Assembly: GCA_963770895.1 (NCBI GenBank)
Contig: CAVYRF010000002.1
Coordinates: 3,008,001-3,072,000, forward strand
From: an uncultured Acidobacteriota bacterium
GTDB taxonomy: Bacteria > Acidobacteriota > Thermoanaerobaculia > Multivoradales > UBA5704
Reading direction: 5' to 3'
DNA length: 64,000 nt
Shown: positions 1 to 9,721 of the stretch, piece by piece
Layout: the number at the start of each line of letters is the position of its first letter
How positions within the stretch are numbered: the stretch's first letter is position 1
Notes under the pieces: model-generated
Told to the model about the DNA's origin: nothing
The model's input: only the letters and a program-made list of their open reading frames with translations
Databases searched by the model: none
Program-made: the position numbers and the translations under genes

Positions 1-1827
1 TCACGACTCGCTCCGGGTGACGACGACGTCGCCGAGCACCAGCCGGTCCATGCGCGTGCGCAGGAAGCAGTCGAGCGCCTCGCCGGGGGTGTTGACGATC
101 GGCTCGTTCTCGTTGAACGAAGTATTGAGCACCATCGGCACGCCGGTCTGTTCCTCGAAGGCGCGGATCAGCTGCCAGTAGCGCGGATTGGTGGCGCGCG
201 ACACGGTTTGCAGGCGGCCGGTGCCGTCGACGTGGGTCACCGCCGGGATGAGCGGGCGCCGCTCGGGGCGGATCGGATAGACCTTGATCATGAACGGGTC
301 GGGATAGGCGAGGGTGAACCAGTCGCCGGTGCGCTCGGCGAGCACCGACGGCGCGAATGGGCGGAACGATTCGCGCCGCTTGATCTTGCGGTTGAGCAGC
401 TCCTGCATGTCGGCGCGGCGCGGGTCGGCCAGGATCGAGCGGTTGCCGAGCGCCCGCGGCCCCCATTCGGAGCGCCCCTGGTACCAGCCGACGACCTCGC
501 CGCGGGCCAGCGCCGCGGCGGTGTCGGCGGCCAGGCTGTCGCCGCCGCCGGCCGCCTGGACGCGGATGTCGCCCCAGCTGCCGTCGCGGCCGCCGGAGTC
601 GGGGAGCGCCGCCGCCAGCGCCTGGCGCGCCTGCGCTTCGTCGAAGGCGGGGCCCCAATAGCAGTGCTCCATGACGAAGCCGCGCGGCGCGCCCAGCACC
701 GCGTGCTGCACCCACAGGGCGGCGCCCAGCGAGGTGCCGGCGTCGCCGGCGGCGGCCTGGATGTAGACGTCCTGGACGTCGGTGTGGTCGAACAGCTTGC
801 CGTTGGCAAGCGAGTTCATGGCGCAGCCGCCGGCGAGCGCCAGGCGGCGCAGGCCGGTGCGCCGGGTGACGGCCCTGACCAGGGCGAAGAAGCGCTCTTC
901 GTAGACCTGTTGCAGCGAGGCCGCCAGGTCCTTGTGCTGCTGGGTCAGCTCCTCGCCGGCCTGGCGGGCCGCCATGCCCAGGAGCGCCCCGACGGCCGGG
1001 GTGAAGAGCGGCGCGAGCACCGGCGCGCCGTCGTCCCAGGTCATGTCCACGCCTTCCGAAAGGTGGCGGAAATAGCGCAGGTCGAGGCGGAAGGTGCCGT
1101 CGGGAAGGGCGGGCGCCAGGCGGCCGAGCCGGTCGGCGAAGCGCGGCGACCCGTAGGCCGCCAGGCCCATCACCTTGTATTCGTCGCCGAAGCCCAGGAA
1201 GCCCAGGAACTGCGTGATCGCCGTGTACAGCTGCCCCAGGGAGTGCGGAAAGTGGACGCGCTGCAGGACGTCGATGGCGTTGCCGCGGCCGTGCGCCAGC
1301 ATCGTCGAGGTGAAGTCGCCGAAGCCGTCGACCGACAGGCAGGCGGCCTCTTCGAAGGGCGAGCAGAAAAAGGCGGAAGCCAGGTGCGCCAGGTGGTGCT
1401 CGACCGGGTAGAGGCGCGGCAGCGGGGCGGCCGCGCCGCGGGCGGTGCCGGGCCTGTCCGGCGCCTTGGCGCCGCCGCCACCGCCGCCCACCGCGGCGGC
1501 GATGCGGTCGCCGAGCGCTCCGACCTGCGCCAGGTTGCGCGCCCGCGACATCGCCCGCCGCAGGCTGCGCGGGTGGGTGAGCGCGAGCAGCGCCTTGCGC
1601 CACAGGTAGGCGCGCGGCTGGCGCGACACGGCGAGCGCCGAGACGGCGCCCAGGTCGCCGCCCAGCTGGTCCAGGCAATAGGCGAGCGAGTGCGAGGGGA
1701 ATCCGGCCCAGTGCTTGATGCGGCGAAAGCGCTCCTCTTCGACGCCGGCGACGAAGCTGCCGTCGCGCACCGCCGCCGCCGCCGCGTCGGCATGAAACGC
1801 CGAAAGGCCCAGGACGCTAGACCCCAT
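1..1827 (-). CDS. Carbamoyltransferase (NodU/CmcH family)
   Basis: N-terminal LGLSAFHADAAAA..EEERF.R.KH; HHLAH; AGGCAMN; AGDAGT; EWGPRALGNRS; KRRESFRPFAP; HVDGTGR; NTSFN. Confidence 0.95.
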   Translation of the reverse strand: MGSSVLGLSAFHADAAAAAVRDGSFVAGVEEERFRRIKHWAGFPSHSLAYCLDQLGGDLGAVSALAVSRQPRAYLWRKALLALTHPRSLRRAMSRARNLAQVGALGDRIAAAVGGGGGGAKAPDRPGTARGAAAPLPRLYPVEHHLAHLASAFFCSPFEEAACLSVDGFGDFTSTMLAHGRGNAIDVLQRVHFPHSLGQLYTAITQFLGFLGFGDEYKVMGLAAYGSPRFADRLGRLAPALPDGTFRLDLRYFRHLSEGVDMTWDDGAPVLAPLFTPAVGALLGMAARQAGEELTQQHKDLAASLQQVYEERFFALVRAVTRRTGLRRLALAGGCAMNSLANGKLFDHTDVQDVYIQAAAGDAGTSLGAALWVQHAVLGAPRGFVMEHCYWGPAFDEAQARQALAAALPDSGGRDGSWGDIRVQAAGGGDSLAADTAAALARGEVVGWYQGRSEWGPRALGNRSILADPRRADMQELLNRKIKRRESFRPFAPSVLAERTGDWFTLAYPDPFMIKVYPIRPERRPLIPAVTHVDGTGRLQTVSRATNPRYWQLIRAFEEQTGVPMVLNTSFNENEPIVNTPGEALDCFLRTRMDRLVLGDVVVTRSES

Positions 1828-2758
1828 CGCGCGCCCCCGCGCCGGCCGCGCCGCCGGTCTGGCCGTCCGCGGCCGATGTTGCCGCGGCCGCTGCCGCCGC
1901 GGCGCGCTGCAGCTCCTGCAGGCGGATGTCGACCACCAGGCGGAACCAATAGGCCTGCAGGAAATGGAAGACGAAACCGTTGCTGCCGTCCAGGACGCCG
2001 AGCAGCACGACGTAGCGGTAGAAAAAGTAGAGCGCCGGGCGCAGGAAGAGCGGCATGCGGTAGTAGCGGCTCTTGAGCCACAGGACGCGCTCGTCGGAGG
2101 CGCCGAACAGGCGCGGCGTGAGCTTCCAGGGGAGCCCGCCGCCGCGCCGCGCCAGCTCCTCGCGGGCGAAGGCGTCGGCGTAGCGCAGGTGCTTTTCCAG
2201 GTAGAACAGGATCGCGTCTTCCTTGCGGTTCCACTCTTCGAGCGGCGCGCGCAGGCGGCCGACCGGGCCGTGTACGTAGACGCGGGTGTCCTGCTCGTCG
2301 GGATCGAGCTCGCAGCGGTCGCGCCGGAACAGCTTCAACAGGTGTTTGCCGCCGTAGCCGCCGAAGCGGATGGGGCGGCCGCGAAAGATCTGGCGGCGGC
2401 GAATGTAGAAGCCGGCCTCGGGCCGGCCGGCGTCGGCCAGCACGGCGGCGATCTCCTGGCGCAGGGCGGGGCCGAGCGCCTGGTCGGCCTCCAGGATCAG
2501 CACCCAGGCGTTGCGGATCGGCAGGTGGTCCAGTCCCCACTGGAAGATCCAGGGAATGATGCGCGAATGGTCGTAGGCCAGCACCTGCACCTGGTCGGCG
2601 TAGCGCTGGGCGATCTCGCGCGTGCGGTCGCTGCTCTCTGAATCGATGACGAAGACCTGGTCGGCGAAGCCGTGGACGCTGGCCAGGCAGCGCTCCACGT
2701 TCGCCTCTTCGTTGCGGGTCACGACCAGCACGGACAGCGGTACAGCCGGGGGAGTCAC
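1817..2758 (-). CDS. Glycosyltransferase family 2
   Basis: LSVLVVTRNEEANVERCL..VIDSESSDRT; LILEADQ (DxD-like). GTG start overlaps the upstream stop (GTGA at 2755-2758). Confidence 0.9.
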   Translation of the reverse strand: MTPPAVPLSVLVVTRNEEANVERCLASVHGFADQVFVIDSESSDRTREIAQRYADQVQVLAYDHSRIIPWIFQWGLDHLPIRNAWVLILEADQALGPALRQEIAAVLADAGRPEAGFYIRRRQIFRGRPIRFGGYGGKHLLKLFRRDRCELDPDEQDTRVYVHGPVGRLRAPLEEWNRKEDAILFYLEKHLRYADAFAREELARRGGGLPWKLTPRLFGASDERVLWLKSRYYRMPLFLRPALYFFYRYVVLLGVLDGSNGFVFHFLQAYWFRLVVDIRLQELQRAAAAAAAATSAADGQTGGAAGAGARDGV

Positions 2759-3975
2759 GGGGCCGAGCCTCCCACGATCCGCCCCGCGGCGTCCAGGAGA
2801 TGCCGCCAGGTCGCCGCATAGTCCCAGCGCGCCAGGATCTCGCGATTGGCCGCCGCCACCGCCGCGCGATCGAGCGCCAGCGCCTCGCCGATGCGGCCGG
2901 CCAGCGCCGCGGCGTCGCCAACCGGGTAGAGCCCGCCGTTCGCCCCCGCCGCCAGCAGGTCGTAGCCCGCGCCGACCCGCGACGAAGCCACCACCGGCAG
3001 GCCGCAGGCCAGCGCCTCCTCGACCGACACCCCCCAACGCTCCTCCCGCGCCGGGTGCACGAACAGGTCCGCCGCCGCGTACAGCCGCGGCAGCTCGGCG
3101 TACGGCACGTAGCCCAGAAAGTGCACCCGGCCGGAGTCCGCCGGCGCGTCGTGGGACAGGCCGGCGGCCGCCGCATCTTCCAGGGAGCCCTTGGGGCGAG
3201 GCGCCGGTCGGGCGCCAGCGTGGTCTGCCAGGCGCGCCAGCTCGTCGCGGGCCGGGCCGTCGCCGGCGATCAGCAGGTGGACGTCCGGCGGCAGCAGCGG
3301 CAGCGCGCGCAGCAGGTCCCAGGGGGCCTCGCGCGGGTTGAGCTTGGTGACGGCCAGCACCGCCCTGGCGGCGGGCGGCAGCCCCAGGCGCTGCCGGGCC
3401 GCCGCCCGCGCGGCGGGGGAGACGCGCGCCGCGGCGGTGCGGAAGTGATCGACGTCCACGGCGTAGGGAAAGAGGCCGCGCCGCGCCTGCGGCACGCCGC
3501 AGGCGGCCAGATACTCGAGCGTCAGGCTGCCGGTCCCCAGGTAGAGATCGAACAGCGGCCGCAGCAGCAGCGAGAACAGCACCCGCTTCGCAGCCCGCCG
3601 CGGCGCCCGCGTCCCCCACAGCACGGAATCCAGCCGCAGCGCGGTGGCGATGCGCGCCCGCCGGGCGAGCGCCGCCGCCAGCAGGTAGTGCGACCGCGTG
3701 TAGCCGTTGACGATCAGCAGGTCGCAGGCGCCGGGCGCCAGCCGCTGCGCCAGCCACCGGCCGCGCCCCCGCGCGGGCGCCACGGCATGTGGAAACCCGC
3801 CCAACAGGTCGATTCCCCAGGTCACCGTGCGGCCCAGCTCGGGATCGAACACCGGCTTGCCCGGCGCCGCGCCGGTGAACAGCACCCGCAGCTCGTGCCG
3901 CCGGTCGCGCGCGGCGAAGCGATAGAAAGGCGCCTCGAACTGCGTCGGCCGCTCGACCAGAAAGGTTATCTTCAC
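2755..3975 (-). CDS. Glycosyltransferase family 4
   Basis: AADLFVHPAREERWGVSVEEALACGLPVV (EX7E-like motif); GTGA-coupled start. Confidence 0.9.
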   Translation of the reverse strand: MKITFLVERPTQFEAPFYRFAARDRRHELRVLFTGAAPGKPVFDPELGRTVTWGIDLLGGFPHAVAPARGRGRWLAQRLAPGACDLLIVNGYTRSHYLLAAALARRARIATALRLDSVLWGTRAPRRAAKRVLFSLLLRPLFDLYLGTGSLTLEYLAACGVPQARRGLFPYAVDVDHFRTAAARVSPAARAAARQRLGLPPAARAVLAVTKLNPREAPWDLLRALPLLPPDVHLLIAGDGPARDELARLADHAGARPAPRPKGSLEDAAAAGLSHDAPADSGRVHFLGYVPYAELPRLYAAADLFVHPAREERWGVSVEEALACGLPVVASSRVGAGYDLLAAGANGGLYPVGDAAALAGRIGEALALDRAAVAAANREILARWDYAATWRHLLDAAGRIVGGSAP

Positions 3976-5570
3976 GGCGCTCCGTCCCCCGGTTCCTGCG
4001 GGCCGCGTCGCCGCGTCGCGTCGAGCGGCGCTGGCGCTCCCGGCGCTGGCGCCGGTTGGGCTGCCGCCAATGCTGGAATGGCTGCTCTTGTCGCAAATGG
4101 TTGTCCGGATGATGGCTTGGGCTGCGACATCAGGATCTCTTGATAGAGCTGTTCCATGCGAGCGGCGACGTCCTGCCATGAGAACCGGCTCGCCGCGGCG
4201 AGCCCGCGCTGCCCCATGGCCTGCCGCAACGGCGCATCGGCAAGCAGGCCGGCCAGGGCCGCGGCGAGCGCCGGCGGGTCGCCGGCGGTGACCAGGCCGG
4301 CGCCCGATTCGGCCACCACCTGGGCGGCGCCGACTTCCGCGGTGACGGCGACCGGCAGGCCGGCGGCCATCGCTTCCAGCACGACGTTGCCGAAGTTCTC
4401 CGAATAGGATGGCAGCACCAGCACGTCGGCGCCGTGCAGCAGCGCCGCCTTGTCGGCGCCGGCGACCGCGCCGACGAAGAGAATGCGTCCGGCGACGCCC
4501 GCGCCGGCGGCCAGGGATTCCAGGCGCTGGCGGTATCCCTCCTCGTCGTTGCCGGCGATGACCAGCGTGGCGCCGGGCACCTGGGCAAGCGCCTGCACCA
4601 GGCGATCCAGCCCTTTTTTCCAGGAGATCCGTCCCAGGAAGAGCAGCAGCGGACGGTGCTCCAGGGCGGCGCGAACCGCGGGGGCGAGCGCCAGAGCCGG
4701 CGCGCCAGCCAATCGGTCGGGCGCCGCGAGGAACGCCGCGCCTGGCGCGGCTGCAAGCGCGGCATCGGCCTGGAGGCGCTCGGGCTGCCAAGACTCGGCC
4801 CTTTGAGACGCGAGCGGTTCCGAATTCGACTGGCGGCCCGCTGGCGGCCAAGGTGCGGGGAACCGCGCCGTGGGCGACGCAAGGTTCGGCTGCCCGGCCG
4901 CCTGCGGCCACGCCTGGGGCTGCCAAAGATCCGGGTCGACGCCGTTGGGGATCACGACGACCGGCGGCAGGCGCAACCCGAGGCGCGACGCTTCGTCGGC
5001 TTCCAGCTGGCTGGTGGCGTGGAGGGCGGCGGCGCGCTCCAGGTTGCGGCGCTCGACCAGGGCGATCCACAGGCGCTTGCGCAGCCGGCCGCGTCGGCGG
5101 AGCAGGTCGGCGACCAGCATGCCGCGGGGGGAAATCAGGTAGGGCACCCGCGCCCGCCGCGCTGCTGCTGCTGCTGCTGCGGTCGGCCACAGGAAGACGG
5201 AATGCAGGTGCACGATGTCGAAGCGCGCGCCGGCGTTTGCGCTGGCGGCGGTGTCGCCCGCCAGGTCCCCGGCGCCGTCGTGGGCGGCATCGGGCAGCGC
5301 GCGGCGGAGCGCCTGCTGGAGCGCCGGCGACCGGTAGAGGCGCCGCGGCGTGGTGACCGGGAAGTACCAGGCGGTGACGTCCTCGACCGCCACCGGCGCG
5401 GCGCGCGGCACCTCCGGCCCCAGCGTGCCGCTGCCGTGGACGTCGGTGGTGAACACCGTGACGTCGTGGCCGCGCGCCGCCAGCGCCTTGCAGAGGCCGT
5501 GCACGGCGAAGACGGGGCCGCCGTGACGCCAGGCGGGCACGTAGGTGGGCACCACGTGCAGCACCCTCAT
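3972..5570 (-). CDS. Glycosyltransferase family 4 with long linker insertion
   Basis: MRVLHVVPTY.PAW..GGP; FLGRISWKKG; PSYSENFGNVVLEAMAAG. Confidence 0.92.
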   Translation of the reverse strand: MRVLHVVPTYVPAWRHGGPVFAVHGLCKALAARGHDVTVFTTDVHGSGTLGPEVPRAAPVAVEDVTAWYFPVTTPRRLYRSPALQQALRRALPDAAHDGAGDLAGDTAASANAGARFDIVHLHSVFLWPTAAAAAAARRARVPYLISPRGMLVADLLRRRGRLRKRLWIALVERRNLERAAALHATSQLEADEASRLGLRLPPVVVIPNGVDPDLWQPQAWPQAAGQPNLASPTARFPAPWPPAGRQSNSEPLASQRAESWQPERLQADAALAAAPGAAFLAAPDRLAGAPALALAPAVRAALEHRPLLLFLGRISWKKGLDRLVQALAQVPGATLVIAGNDEEGYRQRLESLAAGAGVAGRILFVGAVAGADKAALLHGADVLVLPSYSENFGNVVLEAMAAGLPVAVTAEVGAAQVVAESGAGLVTAGDPPALAAALAGLLADAPLRQAMGQRGLAAASRFSWQDVAARMEQLYQEILMSQPKPSSGQPFATRAAIPALAAAQPAPAPGAPAPLDATRRRGPQEPGDGAP

Positions 5571-5650
5571 GGCGCTATCTCCCGCAGCGGCACGATGGTG
5601 CGCAGCACCCTCACGGCGCCGTCTCCCGCAGTGGCACGATGGTGCGCAGC
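5558..5650. repeat. 44-bp tandem duplication spanning a gene junction
   Basis: gcagcaccctca(t/c)ggcgc(ta/cg)tctcccgcag(c/t)ggcacgatggtgc at 5558 and 5602; partial third unit at 5646. Confidence 0.9.
5567..5614 (-). CDS. 15-aa coupled mini-ORF (M/V)RVLRTIVPLREIAP created by the duplication
   Basis: GTG overlaps the stop of the upstream GT (GTGA, 5611-5614); its TGA overlaps the ATG of the downstream GT (ATGA, 5567-5570). Confidence 0.45.
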   Translation of the reverse strand: MRVLRTIVPLREIAP

Positions 5651-7179
5651 AAGCCGGTCAGGCGCTCGTAGTAGGCGGGCCAGGTTGCCGCCGCCGCCGA
5701 GGCGCGACATGCCGCGCGCATGGCGCGCACGGCCGGCGCGTGCCCGGCGCACCACGCCATCTGCGCGGCCAGGGCGGCGGCGTCGCCGGCCGGCACGATC
5801 CAGCCGTTGCTCCCGGCGGCGACCAGCTCGGCGGCCCCCACCATGTCGGACACCAGCACCGGCAGGCCGCAGGCCAGCGCCTCGGGCACCACCATGCCGT
5901 ACGAATCGTTGCGCGACGGTAGCACCAGGCAGTCTGCCCGCCGCAGCTCCTGCGCCAGCCGCGGCTGGTCCACCTTGCCGGCGTGGCTGATCCGCCTTCC
6001 GGCGGTAACGCGAGCCAGCAGGGGTGAGGCGTCGCCGGGCGGCCCGACGGTGCGCAGCTCGACCGCGCCAGCAGTCGTGGTGGCCACCCGGTCAAAAGCG
6101 TCGAGCAGCACGTCGAACCCCTTGCGCCGCAGCGCTGCGCCGCAGAAGAGAAAGCGGAAGGGACGGCTTGAACGGTCCGCGCCGGCACCGTCGGTCGCGC
6201 CAGCCGCACCGCTCAGCCCGCGGTCGTCGGCGATTTCCGGCAGCCCCAAACCCTCGGTCGCCCCTGCGTGGTCTGGCCGATCTGTGCCTTTCGTGCCGAC
6301 CGCCGTCTGCGGCGCTTGCATCCGGTAGCCGTCGCTGGCGAGGCGCCGTGCCATTGCTCCCAACCCTGCGCGGTCAGGGTCGGCGCCGCCGTCAACGGTG
6401 GTTGCCGGCAGTCCTTCGTCAGGAGGGCCGGCGTGACCAGCCAGCCCCCCTGCATCTTCGCTTCCCGGCTCCTCGGGCGTGAACAGGTCCAGGTCGGCCC
6501 CCAGGGCGACGGCGTGGACCTTGTCCGGCGACACGCCGGCTTCCAGGTAGCTTTCGCGGGCGAGCTCCGAGACGGTGAGGATGTGGTCGGCGAGCTCGAT
6601 TTCGAGATCCTTGATGCGAGTGATGCGGCGGTGCAGGGCGGGCGGATCGGTCGTGCCGTGCAGGCGGTCCTGCGCCTGGTGGTGCAGCGAGGGCGCGTCC
6701 AGGATGGCGATGATGCCGCGGCGGCGGGCGGCGCGCAGGGTGGTGAGGGCGGAGATTTCGCAGGCGATGACTGCCGATGGCGCCGCTGGTGCCGATGGCG
6801 CCGCCGGCGCCACCTGTGCCGACAATGCTGACGGTGCCGGCGGGCTACCGGCCGCCAGGCGCCGCAGGCCGGCCGCCGCCCAGCGGTCGAACAGGCGGCA
6901 GGCAAGGAGGTCCAACCAGGCGGCGCCGGCGCGCGGCAGCAGGGCATCGCCGGCGCGGCGCAGGGCCGGCGCCGCCGGCCAGCTGCGCAGCAGGTGCGGC
7001 GGCAGGGGCACGGGCTGATAGCCGGCGAGGCGGCGGCGCAGCGACGGCGGCAGCCAGGGGGCCTGGGCGGCGGCTGCCGGAACGCCGGACCAGTAGCCGG
7101 CGAGCATGCCGCCGCCGGCCAGGGCCAGGGCCGCGCGGTGGGAGTGCTGGCGGCCCGGGTGGGTGATCAGGACCTTCAT
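5611..7179 (-). CDS. Glycosyltransferase family 4 with long linker insertion
   Basis: MKVLITHPGRQHSH; FLFCGAALRRKGFD; LPSRNDSYGMVVPEALACG; ATGA-coupled start. Confidence 0.9.
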   Translation of the reverse strand: MKVLITHPGRQHSHRAALALAGGGMLAGYWSGVPAAAAQAPWLPPSLRRRLAGYQPVPLPPHLLRSWPAAPALRRAGDALLPRAGAAWLDLLACRLFDRWAAAGLRRLAAGSPPAPSALSAQVAPAAPSAPAAPSAVIACEISALTTLRAARRRGIIAILDAPSLHHQAQDRLHGTTDPPALHRRITRIKDLEIELADHILTVSELARESYLEAGVSPDKVHAVALGADLDLFTPEEPGSEDAGGLAGHAGPPDEGLPATTVDGGADPDRAGLGAMARRLASDGYRMQAPQTAVGTKGTDRPDHAGATEGLGLPEIADDRGLSGAAGATDGAGADRSSRPFRFLFCGAALRRKGFDVLLDAFDRVATTTAGAVELRTVGPPGDASPLLARVTAGRRISHAGKVDQPRLAQELRRADCLVLPSRNDSYGMVVPEALACGLPVLVSDMVGAAELVAAGSNGWIVPAGDAAALAAQMAWCAGHAPAVRAMRAACRASAAAATWPAYYERLTGLLRTIVPLRETAP

Positions 7180-8609
7180 GCGGCTCCGCCGGCGGCGGCG
7201 GCCGCCGTGTCGCCGACGGGCACGGCGGCCAGGAGCTGCTGCTGCCGCAGCTGCCGGAGCACCGTCTGGCGGTCGAGGTGCTGCACCAGAAAGAGGAGGC
7301 CGCCGAAGAACCAGAAGTAGAGATCGGCGGTGATGTCGAAGACGATGCTGCCGAGCAGCTGGGCGAGGAAGAACATCAGGCAGGCGGTGGCCAGCGCGCG
7401 GTGGAACCGCGTGCGCAGCAGGAACACCTGGCGCAGGGCGTAGGCGACCAGGAAGACGCGGATGAAGTACATGAGGAAGAAGCCGACCGGCCCCAGCTCG
7501 ATCATGATGCGGCCGGTTTCGGCTTCGACTTCCAGGCCGTGCAGCCAGCTGTAGGGCACGATGCCGGGGGTGACCGCCGTGGCGGTCTGGTGGGTGGCGC
7601 CGATGCCGTAGCCGAAGAGGCCGGCGTCGGGCAGGATCTCGAAGGGCGAGGTGAAGGGCACCACCAGCCGCGTTTCCAGGTCCTCGGACGATCCCGCCGC
7701 GCGGCCCAGGAAGGCGTGCAGGGGACCGGCGCCCACCGAGCCGATCAGGCCGGCCAGCAGCGCCACGCCGACGAGCAGCCGCATGAAGGTCATGCCGCCC
7801 TGGGAGTCGCGCAGCACCGCCAGCCACCAGTAGAGTGGAAAGAGCAGCGCCAGCATGAAGATGGGGCCGCGCGAGCCGGTCATCAGCATGCCCAGGAGGG
7901 CGGAGCCGAGCGCGACGTAGACCGGCAGGCTGCCCTGCATCCGCCAGCGCACCGCCGCCATGTAGGCCAGCATCAGGATGGTCATGGCGACCAGGTAGGA
8001 GCTGTAGCCGGTGATGTACGAAAACGTGGCGGTGACGCGCACGAACTCCGACGAGCCGAAGGTCGAGACGTAGCCGGGGCCGACCCCCTCGGTCGCCCGC
8101 GCGTAGGTGTTGAGCGCGCTCGATGCCGGGCTCAGGAACTGTGCCCCGGCGAGCAGCCCGACGGGGATCGACAGGATGATGTAGCGGCGCAGAAACCGCA
8201 GCAGCGCGCGGTCGTCGGCGAACGCCGCCGGCACCACGAACAGCAGCGGCACGTATAGAAAGTAGGCCTTGAAGCCGAGCGCGCCGACCAGCGGGTTGGG
8301 GAGCCGGGGGTTGAACACCTGCAAGGCGCCGACGACGGCGGCGAAGGCCAGCGCCAGGTAGAGCACCGGCAGCTCGGGCGCGCGCACGCGCAGGCGCCCG
8401 CGATCGCGCAGGTAGCCGATGTAAACGCCCACCAGGATCACGTCCTTGGCCAGGTATACCAGGTCCTGGGCGCCGGCGAAGAGCCACTTGCGGATGGCTC
8501 CTTCGACGACCAGCAGCACCATCACCACCTGCAGGCCCTGGCGCCAGCGGTTGGTGGCCCACAGGAAGGCGCCGGCGCCGGCAAGCAGGACGACGATACG
8601 CAGGTCCAT
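7176..8609 (-). CDS. Polytopic membrane protein, probable Wzy polysaccharide polymerase
   Basis: About 10-11 hydrophobic segments; RVTATFS, TGSRG, GYGIG and ELGPVG motifs typical of Wzy_C-like proteins; lies among GTs. Confidence 0.75.
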   Translation of the reverse strand: MDLRIVVLLAGAGAFLWATNRWRQGLQVVMVLLVVEGAIRKWLFAGAQDLVYLAKDVILVGVYIGYLRDRGRLRVRAPELPVLYLALAFAAVVGALQVFNPRLPNPLVGALGFKAYFLYVPLLFVVPAAFADDRALLRFLRRYIILSIPVGLLAGAQFLSPASSALNTYARATEGVGPGYVSTFGSSEFVRVTATFSYITGYSSYLVAMTILMLAYMAAVRWRMQGSLPVYVALGSALLGMLMTGSRGPIFMLALLFPLYWWLAVLRDSQGGMTFMRLLVGVALLAGLIGSVGAGPLHAFLGRAAGSSEDLETRLVVPFTSPFEILPDAGLFGYGIGATHQTATAVTPGIVPYSWLHGLEVEAETGRIMIELGPVGFFLMYFIRVFLVAYALRQVFLLRTRFHRALATACLMFFLAQLLGSIVFDITADLYFWFFGGLLFLVQHLDRQTVLRQLRQQQLLAAVPVGDTAAAAAGGAA

Positions 8610-9721
8610 CAGCGCCCTCCCGGCCTGGTGGCGTCGTTGCCGCGCTTGCCGCTGGCGCCTTCGGCACCCCCGACCGGCACCGCCGCGGCGAGCGCCGCCA
8701 GGTAGCGCCGGGCGACGGTTTCGCCGCGGTGGGCTTCCAGGTGGGCGGCGGCGCCGGCGCGCAGGGCCTGGAGGGCTGCGGGCTGCCGCAACAGCTCCTG
8801 CAGCACGGCCGCCAGCTGCGCCACGTCGCCGTTGGGGAACAGCCGCCCGCAGGGGCCGATCGCTTCGGGCAGGCCGCCGCCGGCCGAGCCCACGACGACG
8901 CAGCCGCAGGCGATGCCTTCCAGGGCGGCGATGCCGAAGGGCTCCTGGTAGCGGGAGGGGACGACCAGGATCTGGTGGCGGTTGAGCAGGCGCACCAGCT
9001 GGGCGCCGGTGCGGGCGCCGGCGAAGTCGATCTGTGCCGCGACCCCCAGGCGCGCCGCCTGCGCTTTGAGCGGCACGGCCTCGGGGCCGTCGCCCACCAC
9101 CGTCAGGCGCGGCCGCAGACCCGCCGCCGCCAGGCGCGCGAGCGCCTCGACCAGCAGGTCGGCGCCCTTGTCGGAGACCAGGCGGCCGAGGAACACCAGC
9201 TCCCGGTCGCGCGGTGTGCCGGCGTCCGGCTGGCATCGGAACAGTTCGTCGCGGTAGGCGTTTTCGATCACCACCGATGGAGTATCCAGGTCGGCCGCCA
9301 TCGCCCTGCTGACCGAGACGGAGAGCACGGCGAAGCGGAGCAGGCGCCGCTTGAGGCGGTCCTGCCAGGCGCGCCGTCCGTCGGCGCGCCGGTACCAGCT
9401 GTGATGCGACACCGCCCAGGGGCGGCGCACCAGCAGCAGCGGCCACAGGCCGCGCAAGCTGACGTTGGCCTGGAAGAAGACGTCGCAGGAGCGCACCGCC
9501 CCGAGCAGCGCCGCGGCGCCAGGCCGGCGCAGCACGCGATAGGGAACGGCCGGCTCGCCAGGGTCTGCCGCCGTCGCCGGGGTTGCCGGCGCGGCTGGGG
9601 TGAGCGTCACCACGGTGACCTGCTGGCCCAGGCGGGTCAGCCATTCGGCCAGCTGCGCCTGGCAGACTTCGAGCCCGCCGAGCGACGGCAGGAAGGCCGG
9701 CGAATAGAGCAGCACCTTCAC
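8609..9721 (-). CDS. Glycosyltransferase family 4
   Basis: FLPSLGGLE; FLGRLVSDKG; PSRYQEPFGIAALEGIACG. Confidence 0.92.
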   Translation of the reverse strand: MKVLLYSPAFLPSLGGLEVCQAQLAEWLTRLGQQVTVVTLTPAAPATPATAADPGEPAVPYRVLRRPGAAALLGAVRSCDVFFQANVSLRGLWPLLLVRRPWAVSHHSWYRRADGRRAWQDRLKRRLLRFAVLSVSVSRAMAADLDTPSVVIENAYRDELFRCQPDAGTPRDRELVFLGRLVSDKGADLLVEALARLAAAGLRPRLTVVGDGPEAVPLKAQAARLGVAAQIDFAGARTGAQLVRLLNRHQILVVPSRYQEPFGIAALEGIACGCVVVGSAGGGLPEAIGPCGRLFPNGDVAQLAAVLQELLRQPAALQALRAGAAAHLEAHRGETVARRYLAALAAAVPVGGAEGASGKRGNDATRPGGR

